NCBI GenBank assembly: GCA_050331735.1
Contig: JBHJGN010000006.1
Location: 32,001-96,000 of the forward strand
From: Cyanophyceae cyanobacterium
GTDB lineage: Bacteria > Cyanobacteriota > Cyanobacteriia > Cyanobacteriales > JBHJGN01
Length of the DNA: 64,000 nucleotides
Direction: 5' to 3'
Within the stretch, counting starts at the first letter, position 1; every line of letters starts with the position of its first letter. The notes below the pieces were generated by a model, which worked only from the letters and a program-made list of their open reading frames with translations, was not told the origin of the DNA and ran no database searches. This document shows, one piece after another, positions 39,046-49,062 of this stretch. Made by a program: the position numbers and the translations under genes.

Positions 39046-39215
39046 TTTTCTTCCAGTCTTCAAAACGGTTTTGCCCCTCTTTTTTCAGTTAATGCCTGTA
39101 GAATAAAAATGCTTACACTATATTTAGTCTCTCGTTTACTTTCTAAAGAGTGAATTTAACCAGAAAGATACTGTAAGCTCTTCCCTTGCTACAGACAAAC
39201 CCTAGAACAGTTTAG

Positions 39216-39494
39216 TTAATAATAGAAAGCAATTTCTTTCTCTTTCAAAGGTTTAAAATCTGCGTCGATCAGCATCTGATTCAATTCATCTTTAGGAAGA
39301 TGCTTAGCTCCAATGCGGACAATTCGAGAGCGCATGGTGTTTGTGACCCCGCTTCGCTGACGTTGGGCTTCTAATGCCATCACTTTGTTGTACAGTTCTA
39401 GCTTAGCCGGGGGAATCGGGGTTCCATCCAAATCGAGCCCCTGAGCGATCGCGGCATCAACCGCATCTGCACCAGGATTAGCAGGCAAACTCAT
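39216..39494 (-). CDS. DUF4090 protein (Ssr1528-like)
   Basis: GADAVDAAIAQGLDLDG..RQRSGVTNTMRSRIVRIGAKH..EKEIAFY. Confidence 0.8.
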   Translation of the reverse strand: MSLPANPGADAVDAAIAQGLDLDGTPIPPAKLELYNKVMALEAQRQRSGVTNTMRSRIVRIGAKHLPKDELNQMLIDADFKPLKEKEIAFYY

Positions 39495-39583
39495 AGAAAT
39501 AAAAAGTTGGGAGAAATATGACTTGAGCTATTGTATCAGCAGAGGCGGTTCTTCAAGGCAGTCAGTTAGTTTGTCTACTGTTT

Positions 39584-40282
39584 TCAAGAAAACATTTTTT
39601 TTACGTAAATAGGCAGCACCGAGAGAAGCACCAACAGTCCCAGGGCGAGGAAAAACGGCAGGCGATCACCTCCTTGAATAGCCGCACTGCCGCTAACTCC
39701 TAGCCAGGTATAGGCAAAGGTTCCTGGGATAATGCCGATGAGGGTTGCGAACGAATAGGGAAGCCAATGGATCGGTGTCAGTCCAAAGGCAAAATTGATC
39801 GCGTTAAAGGGAGTGATGGGAACAAAGCGCACGGCGAGGACAAAGGAGAAAGGATAGCGGCGGACGGCTTGCTTAAACTTGATTAGCATCGGTTGCTGGC
39901 CAAATCTCTTCTCGATCCAGTCGTGGAGAAGATAACGAGCCGTCCAAAAAGCCCCCATCGCTCCTAACGTCGCGCCAAGCACCGACCACAGGGTTCCCCA
40001 AGCCAACCCAAACACCACGCCGCCTGCAATGGTCAGAATGGTGCCGGGGACTCCTGCAACCGTAATCACTGTGTAAATCAGGATAAACAGAATGGCAGCA
40101 CAGCAGGCGAACATATCTAGCTGTTCGACCAGAAAATCTTGATTAAACAAGACCTTCAGGGGGCCTACCGTGAGCAGTAAGGCAAAGGTAAACAGAGCGA
40201 TCGCGCTCCAGAATCTGTGGCTTTTACAGGCTTTGAGGCAGGTAAGGCTCAGTTGTTTAAACGGAGGTGGCTTTATCTTCAT
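39584..40282 (-). CDS. TVP38/TMEM64 (DedA superfamily) membrane protein
   Basis: PGTILTIAGGVVFG, GATLGA, RFVPITPFNAINF, GIIPGT. Confidence 0.9.
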   Translation of the reverse strand: MKIKPPPFKQLSLTCLKACKSHRFWSAIALFTFALLLTVGPLKVLFNQDFLVEQLDMFACCAAILFILIYTVITVAGVPGTILTIAGGVVFGLAWGTLWSVLGATLGAMGAFWTARYLLHDWIEKRFGQQPMLIKFKQAVRRYPFSFVLAVRFVPITPFNAINFAFGLTPIHWLPYSFATLIGIIPGTFAYTWLGVSGSAAIQGGDRLPFFLALGLLVLLSVLPIYVKKMFS

Positions 40283-41027
40283 CGAACCCAGAGCTGCTTT
40301 CCTGGTCAATCTCGCTATCTAAGGCTTTTCTGGCTACCTTAGTGACGTAGAGAGTCACGGCAACGGTGGCCACAAAACCGACAATGCGAATCACCCACTG
40401 GACGGTACTCGCCTGCTCGCCTTCTGGAACTCCCCCAGTAGCCAAGCTAGCCAGGTTGCCCGCCAAAGAACCGAGATAGACATACATCACCGTTCCCGGC
40501 ATCATGCCAATCCAGGAGGCGAAGAAGAAGTCTCTCAACGAAACTTGGGTGACTCCATAGGCATAGTTGAGAAACACGTAAGGAAACACCGGAGAAAGCC
40601 GCGTTAAGCCGACAATTTTCCAGCCTTCTCTCGCTACGGCGGAGTCGATGGCCCCAAATTTGGGGCGATTTTCGATCTGTTTAGCGACCCATCCCCTCAC
40701 AAAGTATCGTCCAATCAAAAACGCAGCGGTTGCGCCTAGAGTGGCGGCAATGGAAACATAAATAGACCCCTGAATGACCCCAAACAGAACACCTGCTCCT
40801 AAAGTGAGTAAAGCCCCCGATACGAGGAGCACAGCCGCCACAATGTAGATAGCAATGAAGATCGTCGGACCCCAGGAACCCAAGCTATCGATCCACTGAA
40901 GGGTATTCTGCAAGGCACTGTTAATGACGTCGGCAATTCCTAACATTTTTGCGAGCACAATTATTCCAGCGACCACGACAGCAACGACGAGCCACTTCAG
41001 AATCGAGTTTTTCTTAGTTCGTGTCAT
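40257..41027 (-). CDS. TVP38/TMEM64 (DedA superfamily) membrane protein
   Basis: LTLGAGVLFG, LTRLSPVFPY..LNYAYGVT, IGMMPGTVMYVYLGS. Confidence 0.92.
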   Translation of the reverse strand: MTRTKKNSILKWLVVAVVVAGIIVLAKMLGIADVINSALQNTLQWIDSLGSWGPTIFIAIYIVAAVLLVSGALLTLGAGVLFGVIQGSIYVSIAATLGATAAFLIGRYFVRGWVAKQIENRPKFGAIDSAVAREGWKIVGLTRLSPVFPYVFLNYAYGVTQVSLRDFFFASWIGMMPGTVMYVYLGSLAGNLASLATGGVPEGEQASTVQWVIRIVGFVATVAVTLYVTKVARKALDSEIDQESSSGFDEDKATSV

Positions 41028-41057
41028 GGGTTTGTTCTCCTTAATTGGGGTGAGGAC

Positions 41058-42065
41058 TTAGACTAAAGAACCGCCACAGCTAGAGCCGCTGCCAGCCGTA
41101 CAGCCGTAGCAATAGGGGGCTGTTTTGACTTCCTGAATTAAATCAAGACTGCCAGCCTCCAGTAGCTTTTGCACCGTTAACGTTTCGCCACTGGCCATTG
41201 TGGCCGGAACGTTTTCCATCTGGTTAAAGTCACAGTCATAGATGTTTCCCCGGTAGTCGATAGAAAGCTCATTGCGACACATTAAGTGGGGGACTGTTCC
41301 GGAGTTGTAGTAAGTTTCTAAAAACTTGAGATAGGGAACATACAGCTCTTTATATTGGAGGTACTGTTTCACTCTGCCTATCGGTAAGTTTGTAATAGTA
41401 AAGAGGCGATTGAACACAATATCAAAGTTTTCTTTCAGGAACTGCTTGTAATCTTGCTCCAGCTTGCCTTGGTCCGGGGTCAGAGAAAAGTTTTCGTTTC
41501 TGGGAACCTGCGGGTTGTAAACCAGGTCGAGAGTTAAATCGGGGTCTTTCCCGTAGCCAAAGGCATTGAGGCGCTGAATGGCCCGAATCGAAGCCTGATA
41601 AACACCGGATCCTCTCTGTTTGTCTACGTTGTCTTCTAAGTAGCAGGGCAGTGATGCCACTACTTTGAGCCGATGTTTGGCACAGTATGCGGGTAGGTCT
41701 TCAAACCCTGACTCAAAGTAAATCGTAAGATTAGAGCGCACAATGACTTCTTTCCCCGCTTGTCTCGCCGCTTCTGCTAGGGGTCTGAAACCGTAGTTCA
41801 TTTCCGGCGCACCGCCGGTTAAATCGACGGTTTGAATCTGCCCAAAGCGATTGATTATCTCAATCAACTGGTCACAAATTTGGGGCGATAGTTCTTCAGT
41901 GCGTTTGGGTCCGGCTTCTACATGGCAGTGAGTACAGGCAAGATTGCAGCGTTTACCTAAATTAATTTGCAGAACGGTGATGGAATTTTTAGCTAGAGGA
42001 GTCCCCAATTTATGAAGAAACGGAGTGACTTGCTCAGCATTCGTTTTTGTAGGAGATTGAACCAT
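41058..42065 (-). CDS. arsS: Arsenosugar biosynthesis radical SAM protein
   Basis: LQINLGKRCNLACTHCHVEAGP, DLTGGAPE, ASLPCY, YDCDFNQ, CYGCTAGSGSSCGG. Confidence 0.88.
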   Translation of the reverse strand: MVQSPTKTNAEQVTPFLHKLGTPLAKNSITVLQINLGKRCNLACTHCHVEAGPKRTEELSPQICDQLIEIINRFGQIQTVDLTGGAPEMNYGFRPLAEAARQAGKEVIVRSNLTIYFESGFEDLPAYCAKHRLKVVASLPCYLEDNVDKQRGSGVYQASIRAIQRLNAFGYGKDPDLTLDLVYNPQVPRNENFSLTPDQGKLEQDYKQFLKENFDIVFNRLFTITNLPIGRVKQYLQYKELYVPYLKFLETYYNSGTVPHLMCRNELSIDYRGNIYDCDFNQMENVPATMASGETLTVQKLLEAGSLDLIQEVKTAPYCYGCTAGSGSSCGGSLV

Positions 42066-42144
42066 TGTTTTTTCTATTGTTCGTGGTGGTAGAGCGCTCT
42101 CACGCACGGTTTTTAAAGCCTCAGAGAGCGCCCATCTTCAGAGA

Positions 42145-43341
42145 TTAGCAACATTCTCCTGAACGACAGCCGCCGATTTCATCCCCTATAGAAGTAACTT
42201 GGTAGCTATCTCCTTTTGTTTCCCTTGGGTGACGGATTTTGGTTCCGTTAAAGGTGGCCGCTGACTCCAGAGGAATATCTTCATAGGGAGGAACGGCAAT
42301 GATGTCTTGCGCGTAGGGGCCTTGAGGATTGGTTAGAATCTGGTACGTTTTATCGCAAACTGCCATGCGTTCCCCGCGACGCAAGCTGTGACCATCATCA
42401 TCGACAACCTGCTTCCAGGGGCCTTGATAAATGACTGCCTGGTGACGGTCTAAGCAGGGCCCTTCTTTGCCTTTAAAGGCCCGTATCGTCATCGACCGGA
42501 ATTCGATGCCGTTGACGACCTGCCACGGTGTTTCCTCCCGCTTGAGAATTTCAATTCCGTAAAATCCAGCCTCTACAAACATTTGGCTAAAAGCGTCTTC
42601 CCGAAAAGCCCCGGCAATACAGCCACTCCACAGGTCGGGATCGTTGAGCATCTCCGGAGTCGGGTCTTCGTCGCAGACAATATCGGAAATCACAGCCCGT
42701 CCGCCTCGCTTGAGGACGCGGAAAATTTCTCCAAAGAGCTGCTGCTTATCTTGGGGACGCACTAAATTCAGAACGCAGTTGGAAATGACAACATCAACGC
42801 TGCTGTCCGGGATCAGGGGGGCTTGGAAGCGCAGGCGATCGCACTCTGCCTCAAAAACTCCCATTTGCTCGACAGAGGTGACTGGATTGGCTCTTAACCA
42901 AGCTTCGACCTGCTCTAGATCTAGCTTGAGGTCTTGAATTTTTCCCTTGACAAATTTCGTATTGCCGTATCTCAATTTTGTCCCGATCTCTTGCCGATAC
43001 TTGCGAGCCAGCGAGAGCATCTCATCGTTAAAATCAACGCCGATGACGCTGCCCGTTGCTCCCACTTTTTGTGCTAAAATATAGCAATTTTTTCCGGCTC
43101 CAGACCCCAAATCAACCACGGTTTCTCCTTCCCTGACGTAACGAGTGGGATCGCCACAGCCGTAGTCTTTCTCGATAATCTCTGCTGGAAGTCGTTCGAG
43201 ATAATTTCCTTCATACTCAGTGGGGCAACATAAGCTAGGCTGTTGCTGCTGTGCTCCCGCTTTGTATCGTTCGAGCACAGCATCCTCAACGCTGTAGACT
43301 TGGGGGCTATTCGTATTCTGCTGACTGGTAATATTGTTCAC
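42145..43341 (-). CDS. arsM: Arsenite methyltransferase-like SAM-dependent methyltransferase
   Basis: LCCP, YGCGDP, DLGSGAG, ISNCVLNL, WSGCIAGA, C-terminal CC; directly upstream of arsS. Confidence 0.8.
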   Translation of the reverse strand: MNNITSQQNTNSPQVYSVEDAVLERYKAGAQQQQPSLCCPTEYEGNYLERLPAEIIEKDYGCGDPTRYVREGETVVDLGSGAGKNCYILAQKVGATGSVIGVDFNDEMLSLARKYRQEIGTKLRYGNTKFVKGKIQDLKLDLEQVEAWLRANPVTSVEQMGVFEAECDRLRFQAPLIPDSSVDVVISNCVLNLVRPQDKQQLFGEIFRVLKRGGRAVISDIVCDEDPTPEMLNDPDLWSGCIAGAFREDAFSQMFVEAGFYGIEILKREETPWQVVNGIEFRSMTIRAFKGKEGPCLDRHQAVIYQGPWKQVVDDDGHSLRRGERMAVCDKTYQILTNPQGPYAQDIIAVPPYEDIPLESAATFNGTKIRHPRETKGDSYQVTSIGDEIGGCRSGECC

Positions 43342-43774
43342 AGCTATCCTTTTTCTCTAGTTGGGTACGCTTGCTCACGACGGGAAAACTGCTGCTGTAG
43401 TACCCGCTGGTCAGTTACCAGTTTGACTCTTTTCAAACCTGAGTACCAAAATTATTTAAGCGACGGTAAATTAGTTTTTCCTGAGAAAAAGCTGTGTTTT
43501 TACTCAAAGTTCCGCCGGAAAAGGTACTATTCGAGAATCCCTCTAGGAAACCGGCGGCTGCTTTGAGCCAGCTCAATGACAGAAAAATTTTAGGAGACTA
43601 GTCGCGTTATCGCCCTCTTCATTCAGCCATGTCTTCGAGAACCTACGGCTAGTAATCAGTCGTTTGAGAAAGTGTTTTAGTGTCCAAGGAATTAGAAAAG
43701 GGGAAACAGGAAACGGAGTTGCTAATAATCTCTATTAGATTTCTACAGCTTCGTTTATCTTTGTAGCGCTATAT

Positions 43775-45343
43775 TTATGGCTTTAGCAAATATAAATAGT
43801 AATCGCCTTCATAGAAAGAAATACTTGTTTTAAAATCTTTTAATTTGGTAATTTTTAAATCAAAATCCGAAAAATCTATGTCTTTCTGGAGAAGAATGAG
43901 CACTTCTTTGTTCTCCTGAACCTGTATTTCTTTCATTTTTCCTATGAAGTGCTCTAAGGTTCTATTTTTTTGCTTTTGTTTTCTTGCTTTATTCCAAATC
44001 AAGTAAGTTCCGTATCGCTCAATATTATAAAAATATATTTCCTTGTTCAAATAAGCAGACAACGACGCAAAAGGAAAGTCACGAATGCCAACAACTACAG
44101 CATTTTCTAAGTCGTTATCTTTAATATAGTCAGCAACTTTTTGATTAACAGAAAAAGGCTGGACTAAATCTTTTGCATAAGCAAAAATTCCGCTAAAAAG
44201 TTGCAAACAAAGAATAGAAGACAAGAAAAAGCTTTGATACTTTTCTATGCCCCGAACTTCTGTTTTCCGCAAACGAGAGCGATTTCTAAGGCAACTGTTT
44301 AATAGCCAATAGCAGGCCAAGCTCAGAACAAACAAATAACCGACATGACGCACTCTTGTAGCAGCAGATATTGTGTGCATAAATAGCAGCATGAGGCCAG
44401 TTCCAAAGCTATATAAGAAAAAAACCGTTGGGTGTTTTCTAAAGAAAACTGCTAGAAAGGCAATAATCCCTAGTGAAACCAAAACAACTCCAACCTTACC
44501 TGCCAGCGGAAATGCTGAGGCGATATTCCTATTCCAAAACTCGTATTCTAAAAAGTAGGGAATAGGAATAAAGCTTTTCCAGATCAAAAATAGTGTCTTC
44601 GCCAGTTTGACGATATTAGCTAATACTAAGTCTACTAGAGTGTCACCCAATCTAGTATTAGCAGTTAAGTTCTGCAATTCTCCGCCAATTTTTCCGTAAG
44701 GCCGATCGGCAGGAGGCATAATTTGATAAACTGCTGAGGCCATTCCTAAAATTGCTAGATACAAACCAGTAGCAAACTGCCAATTTGTCTTTGTACACCA
44801 AGGCTTTTGAGGGTAAAAAATGTGTTCAAAGAGCAGTGTTGCTGCCAATGAAATAGCAACAAGCAACGCTATAATATTTGTATTTGCCAGCACGGCAATC
44901 ATTAGAAATAGCACGAGATAGTTTCGTTTAGGAAATAAAGCACAAAAGATAAAAATGAATAAAACACCTAGTCCATAGTTTCTACTGATAACAGCGTATT
45001 CATAGAACGGAAAGTAGCTGAAAGTAAACAAAAATTTTTGAGCTTTACTGAATGGGGAGAAGCCAACAAAAATATAAATTGTTAGAGTAGCAATTCCTAA
45101 ATGGAATAGCTGCATGCTGATAGGATTATGGGTCAACCGACTAATTAAATGTAGAAACAGATGCCATAGTCCCGGCTGACCTTCGTATTTTAAGTTTCTG
45201 AATAAGTCTGCTATAGACTGGCTATCTCTAGCAATCAACCATGCCTGGAGTTCGTCAAACCACATCTCATGTCTTAAAACACCAATTAATCCCAGAATAA
45301 AGAAAACAGACGTTAGCACTCTTGTAAGAGTTTTGTCGCTCAT
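43775..45343 (-). CDS. Polytopic membrane protein, GT-C-like (paralog 2)
   Basis: HEMWFDELQAW..RDS..YEGQPGLWH after TM1, YEYAVISRNYG; many TM segments; AT-rich. Confidence 0.7.
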   Translation of the reverse strand: MSDKTLTRVLTSVFFILGLIGVLRHEMWFDELQAWLIARDSQSIADLFRNLKYEGQPGLWHLFLHLISRLTHNPISMQLFHLGIATLTIYIFVGFSPFSKAQKFLFTFSYFPFYEYAVISRNYGLGVLFIFIFCALFPKRNYLVLFLMIAVLANTNIIALLVAISLAATLLFEHIFYPQKPWCTKTNWQFATGLYLAILGMASAVYQIMPPADRPYGKIGGELQNLTANTRLGDTLVDLVLANIVKLAKTLFLIWKSFIPIPYFLEYEFWNRNIASAFPLAGKVGVVLVSLGIIAFLAVFFRKHPTVFFLYSFGTGLMLLFMHTISAATRVRHVGYLFVLSLACYWLLNSCLRNRSRLRKTEVRGIEKYQSFFLSSILCLQLFSGIFAYAKDLVQPFSVNQKVADYIKDNDLENAVVVGIRDFPFASLSAYLNKEIYFYNIERYGTYLIWNKARKQKQKNRTLEHFIGKMKEIQVQENKEVLILLQKDIDFSDFDLKITKLKDFKTSISFYEGDYYLYLLKP

Positions 45344-45424
45344 ACAAACTGACGTGATTTTTGGCCAAAGGGTAGATTAACAGCTTAAGGTAAAAAACGG
45401 CGAGATCGCCTTCCATCTTTACTG

Positions 45425-45458
45425 CCTTGACTCTAGTAGAACCTTGACTCTAGTAGAA
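45425..45458. repeat. Perfect 17-bp tandem duplication
   Basis: CCTTGACTCTAGTAGAA x2. Confidence 0.9.
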
Positions 45459-45958
45459 CAACGTGAGCTTAGCGACTATTGGCTAAGCCAGGTGTTCCTC
45501 CAAAACAGTACCCTCAATGTTACACAATTAGCAAACTATTAATAGCTGTTTGTGCTGAGGGACGAAAAACTGACTGATACCAGACATCTCAAGCCTCTTT
45601 TCTTCTTCCTTGTCAAACCTTGCTACCGAGGACTGAGCTGGAATCGAGTCCGGTATTTCCGAAGACGCTACGCGAACACAAGCCTTGGTGAATTCCGCAC
45701 CACCTGCCTCCTGCCTCGCCTAATTTATAAGGAGGGGGATCTAAACTGGGTTGGATACGAGATGTTTTCTGGAAGTCAACTGCGGGGATTCCCCCGCGCA
45801 CACAATTAGGCAAAATAAGTACAGTGGCTCGCTCGGCCAATCCAAACGCTCCCTATACCCCTGAATGAAATTAGACCCCCGCCCGACTTTAAAACCCGAA
45901 CAATAACTGACAACCGGCGAATGATGAATGATCCGTCTGCTTTCCTGCCTAAAGTTCC

Positions 45959-47617
45959 TCAGTCTGGTTCATTCAACTTCAGGGGTGTTGCTCTCGCCAA
46001 ATAAACATTAAAGTCTTCGCTGTAAACAATACTTCCCTCAAATTGGGCCAACTTTTCAACCCGCATATCGGTAGTAACTATTGGAATGCGCTCAAGTTCG
46101 TAGTTAAGAACTATCAACACCTCTGTATTTCCTGCTTGAAACAGATTACGAGTAGCCTGCAAGACGGCTTCTGTTTCCTGCTTCTCTTCTTTCCACTCTT
46201 GCCAAAAACTGCCAAACTCGTTGTTGGTTAAGTAGTAAATTTGTTTATCTAAATAACCAGATAAAGTAGATACCCCCCGCGAGGTTGCGCCCACAATCGG
46301 TAAATCCTGATAGCCTCGCGCTTGAATATAGTTGGCGGTATCTTTGCTCATGGAAAAAGCATGTCGCAAATCCATACCGTACGCGTAAACGCCAGCGGCG
46401 ACATGGAGCACAAGCATGACTGTAAAAAGCTTGCGTCCGAGTCCTCGAAGGCGCTTCTGCCAATTCTGTAGCTGAGGAGTCTGATAGGTTTTAACAAACG
46501 GAGCTAGCCACAGACAAACCACTAACACAATAAATAAATGGCCGTAGTGTCTGATGCCGCCGCCATGAACAAAATAATAGAAGAAAATGTTACTGAAAGT
46601 GCCAAATAAATAGGTAAATAGAATTGTTGGTTTATGGCTTAGTAGATTGGCTACAGCAATTAAAATTGCTATCGATAAGATGTAACTTAAAAGAGAACCT
46701 GCTGAATAATCTAGTATTTTAGGGAAAATAACTTGGCTACTAAAGATGCTGGTATTCCAAAACTTGTGCTCGAAGATATCTGGAATTGGTATGTAGCTTT
46801 CAACAATATATGCTACAACGCCCGCAAATCTTTTCAGTTCTTGAAAAAGACTGGCTTCCCAAATAGTGTCTTGCCCAATCGAACTAACGGGACGAGCAAT
46901 CGAAAGAGACCGAAGAGGACGGCTAGTTTGTATTAACGAGAGTCCCCATCCAGCTAAGACGATTAGACAACCAATAGCTAAACGCCACCGCTGTTGCCGG
47001 GATGAAGTCGACTCTTCGCTTAGATAGAAATCCAGCAACAGAGTCAACGCCAGGGTAATGCTCAAAATCAAGGCAAAAACATTGGTATTAGCGAGTAAGG
47101 CTAAGACGAGCGCGGTCAATAAACAATGGTTCTTGCGCTGAGGAAAAAGCGTACAAAACCAAAAGACCAGTAAAATGCCAATTCCATAGTTTCGGCTCAC
47201 AATTGAGTATTCGTAGAAGAAGAAATACCCAAAGGCAAGCAACGCTCTATTGACTAACGAAAACGGAGCAAACTTGACGAGTAAGCTGGTAGTCCCTGTC
47301 GCTATCAGGATGTGAAAAATCTGCATGCTCAGTGGATTAGAAGTCCACCGACTGAGGCAATAGAGACATAAATGCCAAAGCCCGGGATGCCCTTCGTGTC
47401 TTAAATTCTGATAGAGTTCGACGACAGATGAACTATCTCTCGCCAACAGCCAAGCCTGCAGTTCATCTCTCCACATCTCGTGATGCAGAATGCCAACGAA
47501 GCTGAGGCCCAAAAAGCCCAGAATGATGAGCAGCTCAAAAGCGGCAGTGCTTTTGGCGCCAGAGAAGTGCTGGCGAACGAATGGGTCACGGAGATGCATC
47601 GTACACGTTAGCCACAA
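45959..47617 (-). CDS. Polytopic membrane protein, GT-C-like (paralog 1); true start possibly 47599
   Basis: HEMWRDELQAW..RDS..HEGHPGLWH, YEYSIVSRNYG, RHYG. Confidence 0.7.
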   Translation of the reverse strand: MWLTCTMHLRDPFVRQHFSGAKSTAAFELLIILGFLGLSFVGILHHEMWRDELQAWLLARDSSSVVELYQNLRHEGHPGLWHLCLYCLSRWTSNPLSMQIFHILIATGTTSLLVKFAPFSLVNRALLAFGYFFFYEYSIVSRNYGIGILLVFWFCTLFPQRKNHCLLTALVLALLANTNVFALILSITLALTLLLDFYLSEESTSSRQQRWRLAIGCLIVLAGWGLSLIQTSRPLRSLSIARPVSSIGQDTIWEASLFQELKRFAGVVAYIVESYIPIPDIFEHKFWNTSIFSSQVIFPKILDYSAGSLLSYILSIAILIAVANLLSHKPTILFTYLFGTFSNIFFYYFVHGGGIRHYGHLFIVLVVCLWLAPFVKTYQTPQLQNWQKRLRGLGRKLFTVMLVLHVAAGVYAYGMDLRHAFSMSKDTANYIQARGYQDLPIVGATSRGVSTLSGYLDKQIYYLTNNEFGSFWQEWKEEKQETEAVLQATRNLFQAGNTEVLIVLNYELERIPIVTTDMRVEKLAQFEGSIVYSEDFNVYLARATPLKLNEPD

Positions 47618-47710
47618 AAACGACTAGCTACAGAGATCTTAACCCTGATTTTTAAAGACTGCAAAGAGAGATGACTCTAAAAACATAGCTTTTGATTTAA
47701 CTTGGTATTT

Positions 47711-48601
47711 TTAGCGAGATTTTGTCTCTTTTCTCATTTCCCAGAAAAAGCCTGCTGCGTTCGCTATTTGTGAGATCGCAAGCACCCCTGTTTGGACAAG
47801 TCCTTGTCTTCCTTGTCCGTTTCTAAACGGGTAACTCAACAACTTGATGTAGTAGTTTCCTTCGATTTGGAAATTGCCCCATCCTTTTAGGGAGCGCGTC
47901 TGGTGGAACCGAAATGCACCCTGTCCATAGCTAAAATGCTGTCGCCAAAAGCTGCGGAGATTCATGGGGTGAGCGTGATAAATAATAACTTCAGGAGCAT
48001 ACGTCATTTTGTAGCCCTGATGCAGCCAGCGATCGCAAAGTTCCCGGTCTTCTGAAGTGGTGAAGCTTTCGTCAAATCCTCCTAAAGCGCGGAACCGTTC
48101 TGCTGGCACCACCATGTTATTAGAGGCAAAGAAGCGAGCCTGGTCTGGAACAGCATTGTAGTGTTCGTAACCCATGCTGATAATGTTCTGACTAGTTGCT
48201 GAAAAAGGATTGTTCGTGAGAGCATTAACGGTTCGTCCGCCAACAATGTCTTCTGGTGCTCGGGCAAAACGCGCTTCCAAGGCCTGTAACCAATCAGGGG
48301 CAGGAGTACAGTCGTCGTCGGTAAAGGCAAGATATTTGCCCTGAGCAGTTTGAGCCGCGTGATTGCGAGCTGCTGCGGGACCAGCATTATTTTGTCTCAT
48401 TAATCGCAGAGGAAGCCGCTCCTGAAAAGGAGCGACAGCCGCATCATATGGCTCGCTACTGCCGTCGTCTACTACAATGACCTCAAAGCGATCGCGCGGG
48501 TACTCTAGACGGGTTAAAGACTGAAGGCAATTAACTAGCTGCTGAGGACGATTGTAGGAAGGAATGATCACCGAAAATAAAATAGGTTGATTCATCTGCA
48601 C
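47711..48601 (-). CDS. Glycosyltransferase family 2
   Basis: SVIIPSYNR, VVDDGS, FTDDDC, SEDRELC. Confidence 0.92.
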   Translation of the reverse strand: MQMNQPILFSVIIPSYNRPQQLVNCLQSLTRLEYPRDRFEVIVVDDGSSEPYDAAVAPFQERLPLRLMRQNNAGPAAARNHAAQTAQGKYLAFTDDDCTPAPDWLQALEARFARAPEDIVGGRTVNALTNNPFSATSQNIISMGYEHYNAVPDQARFFASNNMVVPAERFRALGGFDESFTTSEDRELCDRWLHQGYKMTYAPEVIIYHAHPMNLRSFWRQHFSYGQGAFRFHQTRSLKGWGNFQIEGNYYIKLLSYPFRNGQGRQGLVQTGVLAISQIANAAGFFWEMRKETKSR

Positions 48602-48691
48602 TAAATCTACGCGTCTCTCTATTTTTTAGCCTGCTTAAAGCGATTTAGGTGTTAATTTGATCGCTGAATTTTTGCCTGCTGCTGTGCCATG

Positions 48692-49040
48692 CTACTCTTC
48701 TCGGCTGGACACAACCGCTTCGATAATTTCTGGGATTGTTCTCTGCAAAGCTTTTTGGCTATCGTTGTGAGCAAAATACTGGTTCTGAAAGGGCTTGACC
48801 CCGTTCTCAAACTCCCAGACAAAAGTTTTGTCGGTGATCGCTCATCTTCAACATTAGCTCAAAATACTGTCGATGGCATGATGCTTGCTACGCTTAGTCA
48901 GCTTAAAGTTTAAGGGAGTTGCCAAAGACTCTATTTCCCAAATCTCTAGCCCAATTTGCGGATTTAATCCGACTTTGGTATGGAATTAGGTCATCAATAT
49001 TGTCAGCACCGTCAAAACAAGCAGAATAAACAGGCTTCAT
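48692..49040 (-). pseudogene. Probable decayed gene remnant
   Basis: ATG at 49040 just after the FkbM gene; coding-like pieces in shifting frames (MKPVYSACFDGADNI..; LEIWEIESLATPL..; ITDKTFVWEFENGVKPF..IIEAVVSSREE*) separated by stops. Confidence 0.35.
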
Positions 49041-49062
49041 GCGACCACTGCTGCCTAGCTTG

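Noticed and set aside
41058..41100. Possible selenocysteine in the ArsS C-terminal GSS(C/U)GG motif
   Set aside because: The codon is TGT (Cys); no in-frame TGA.
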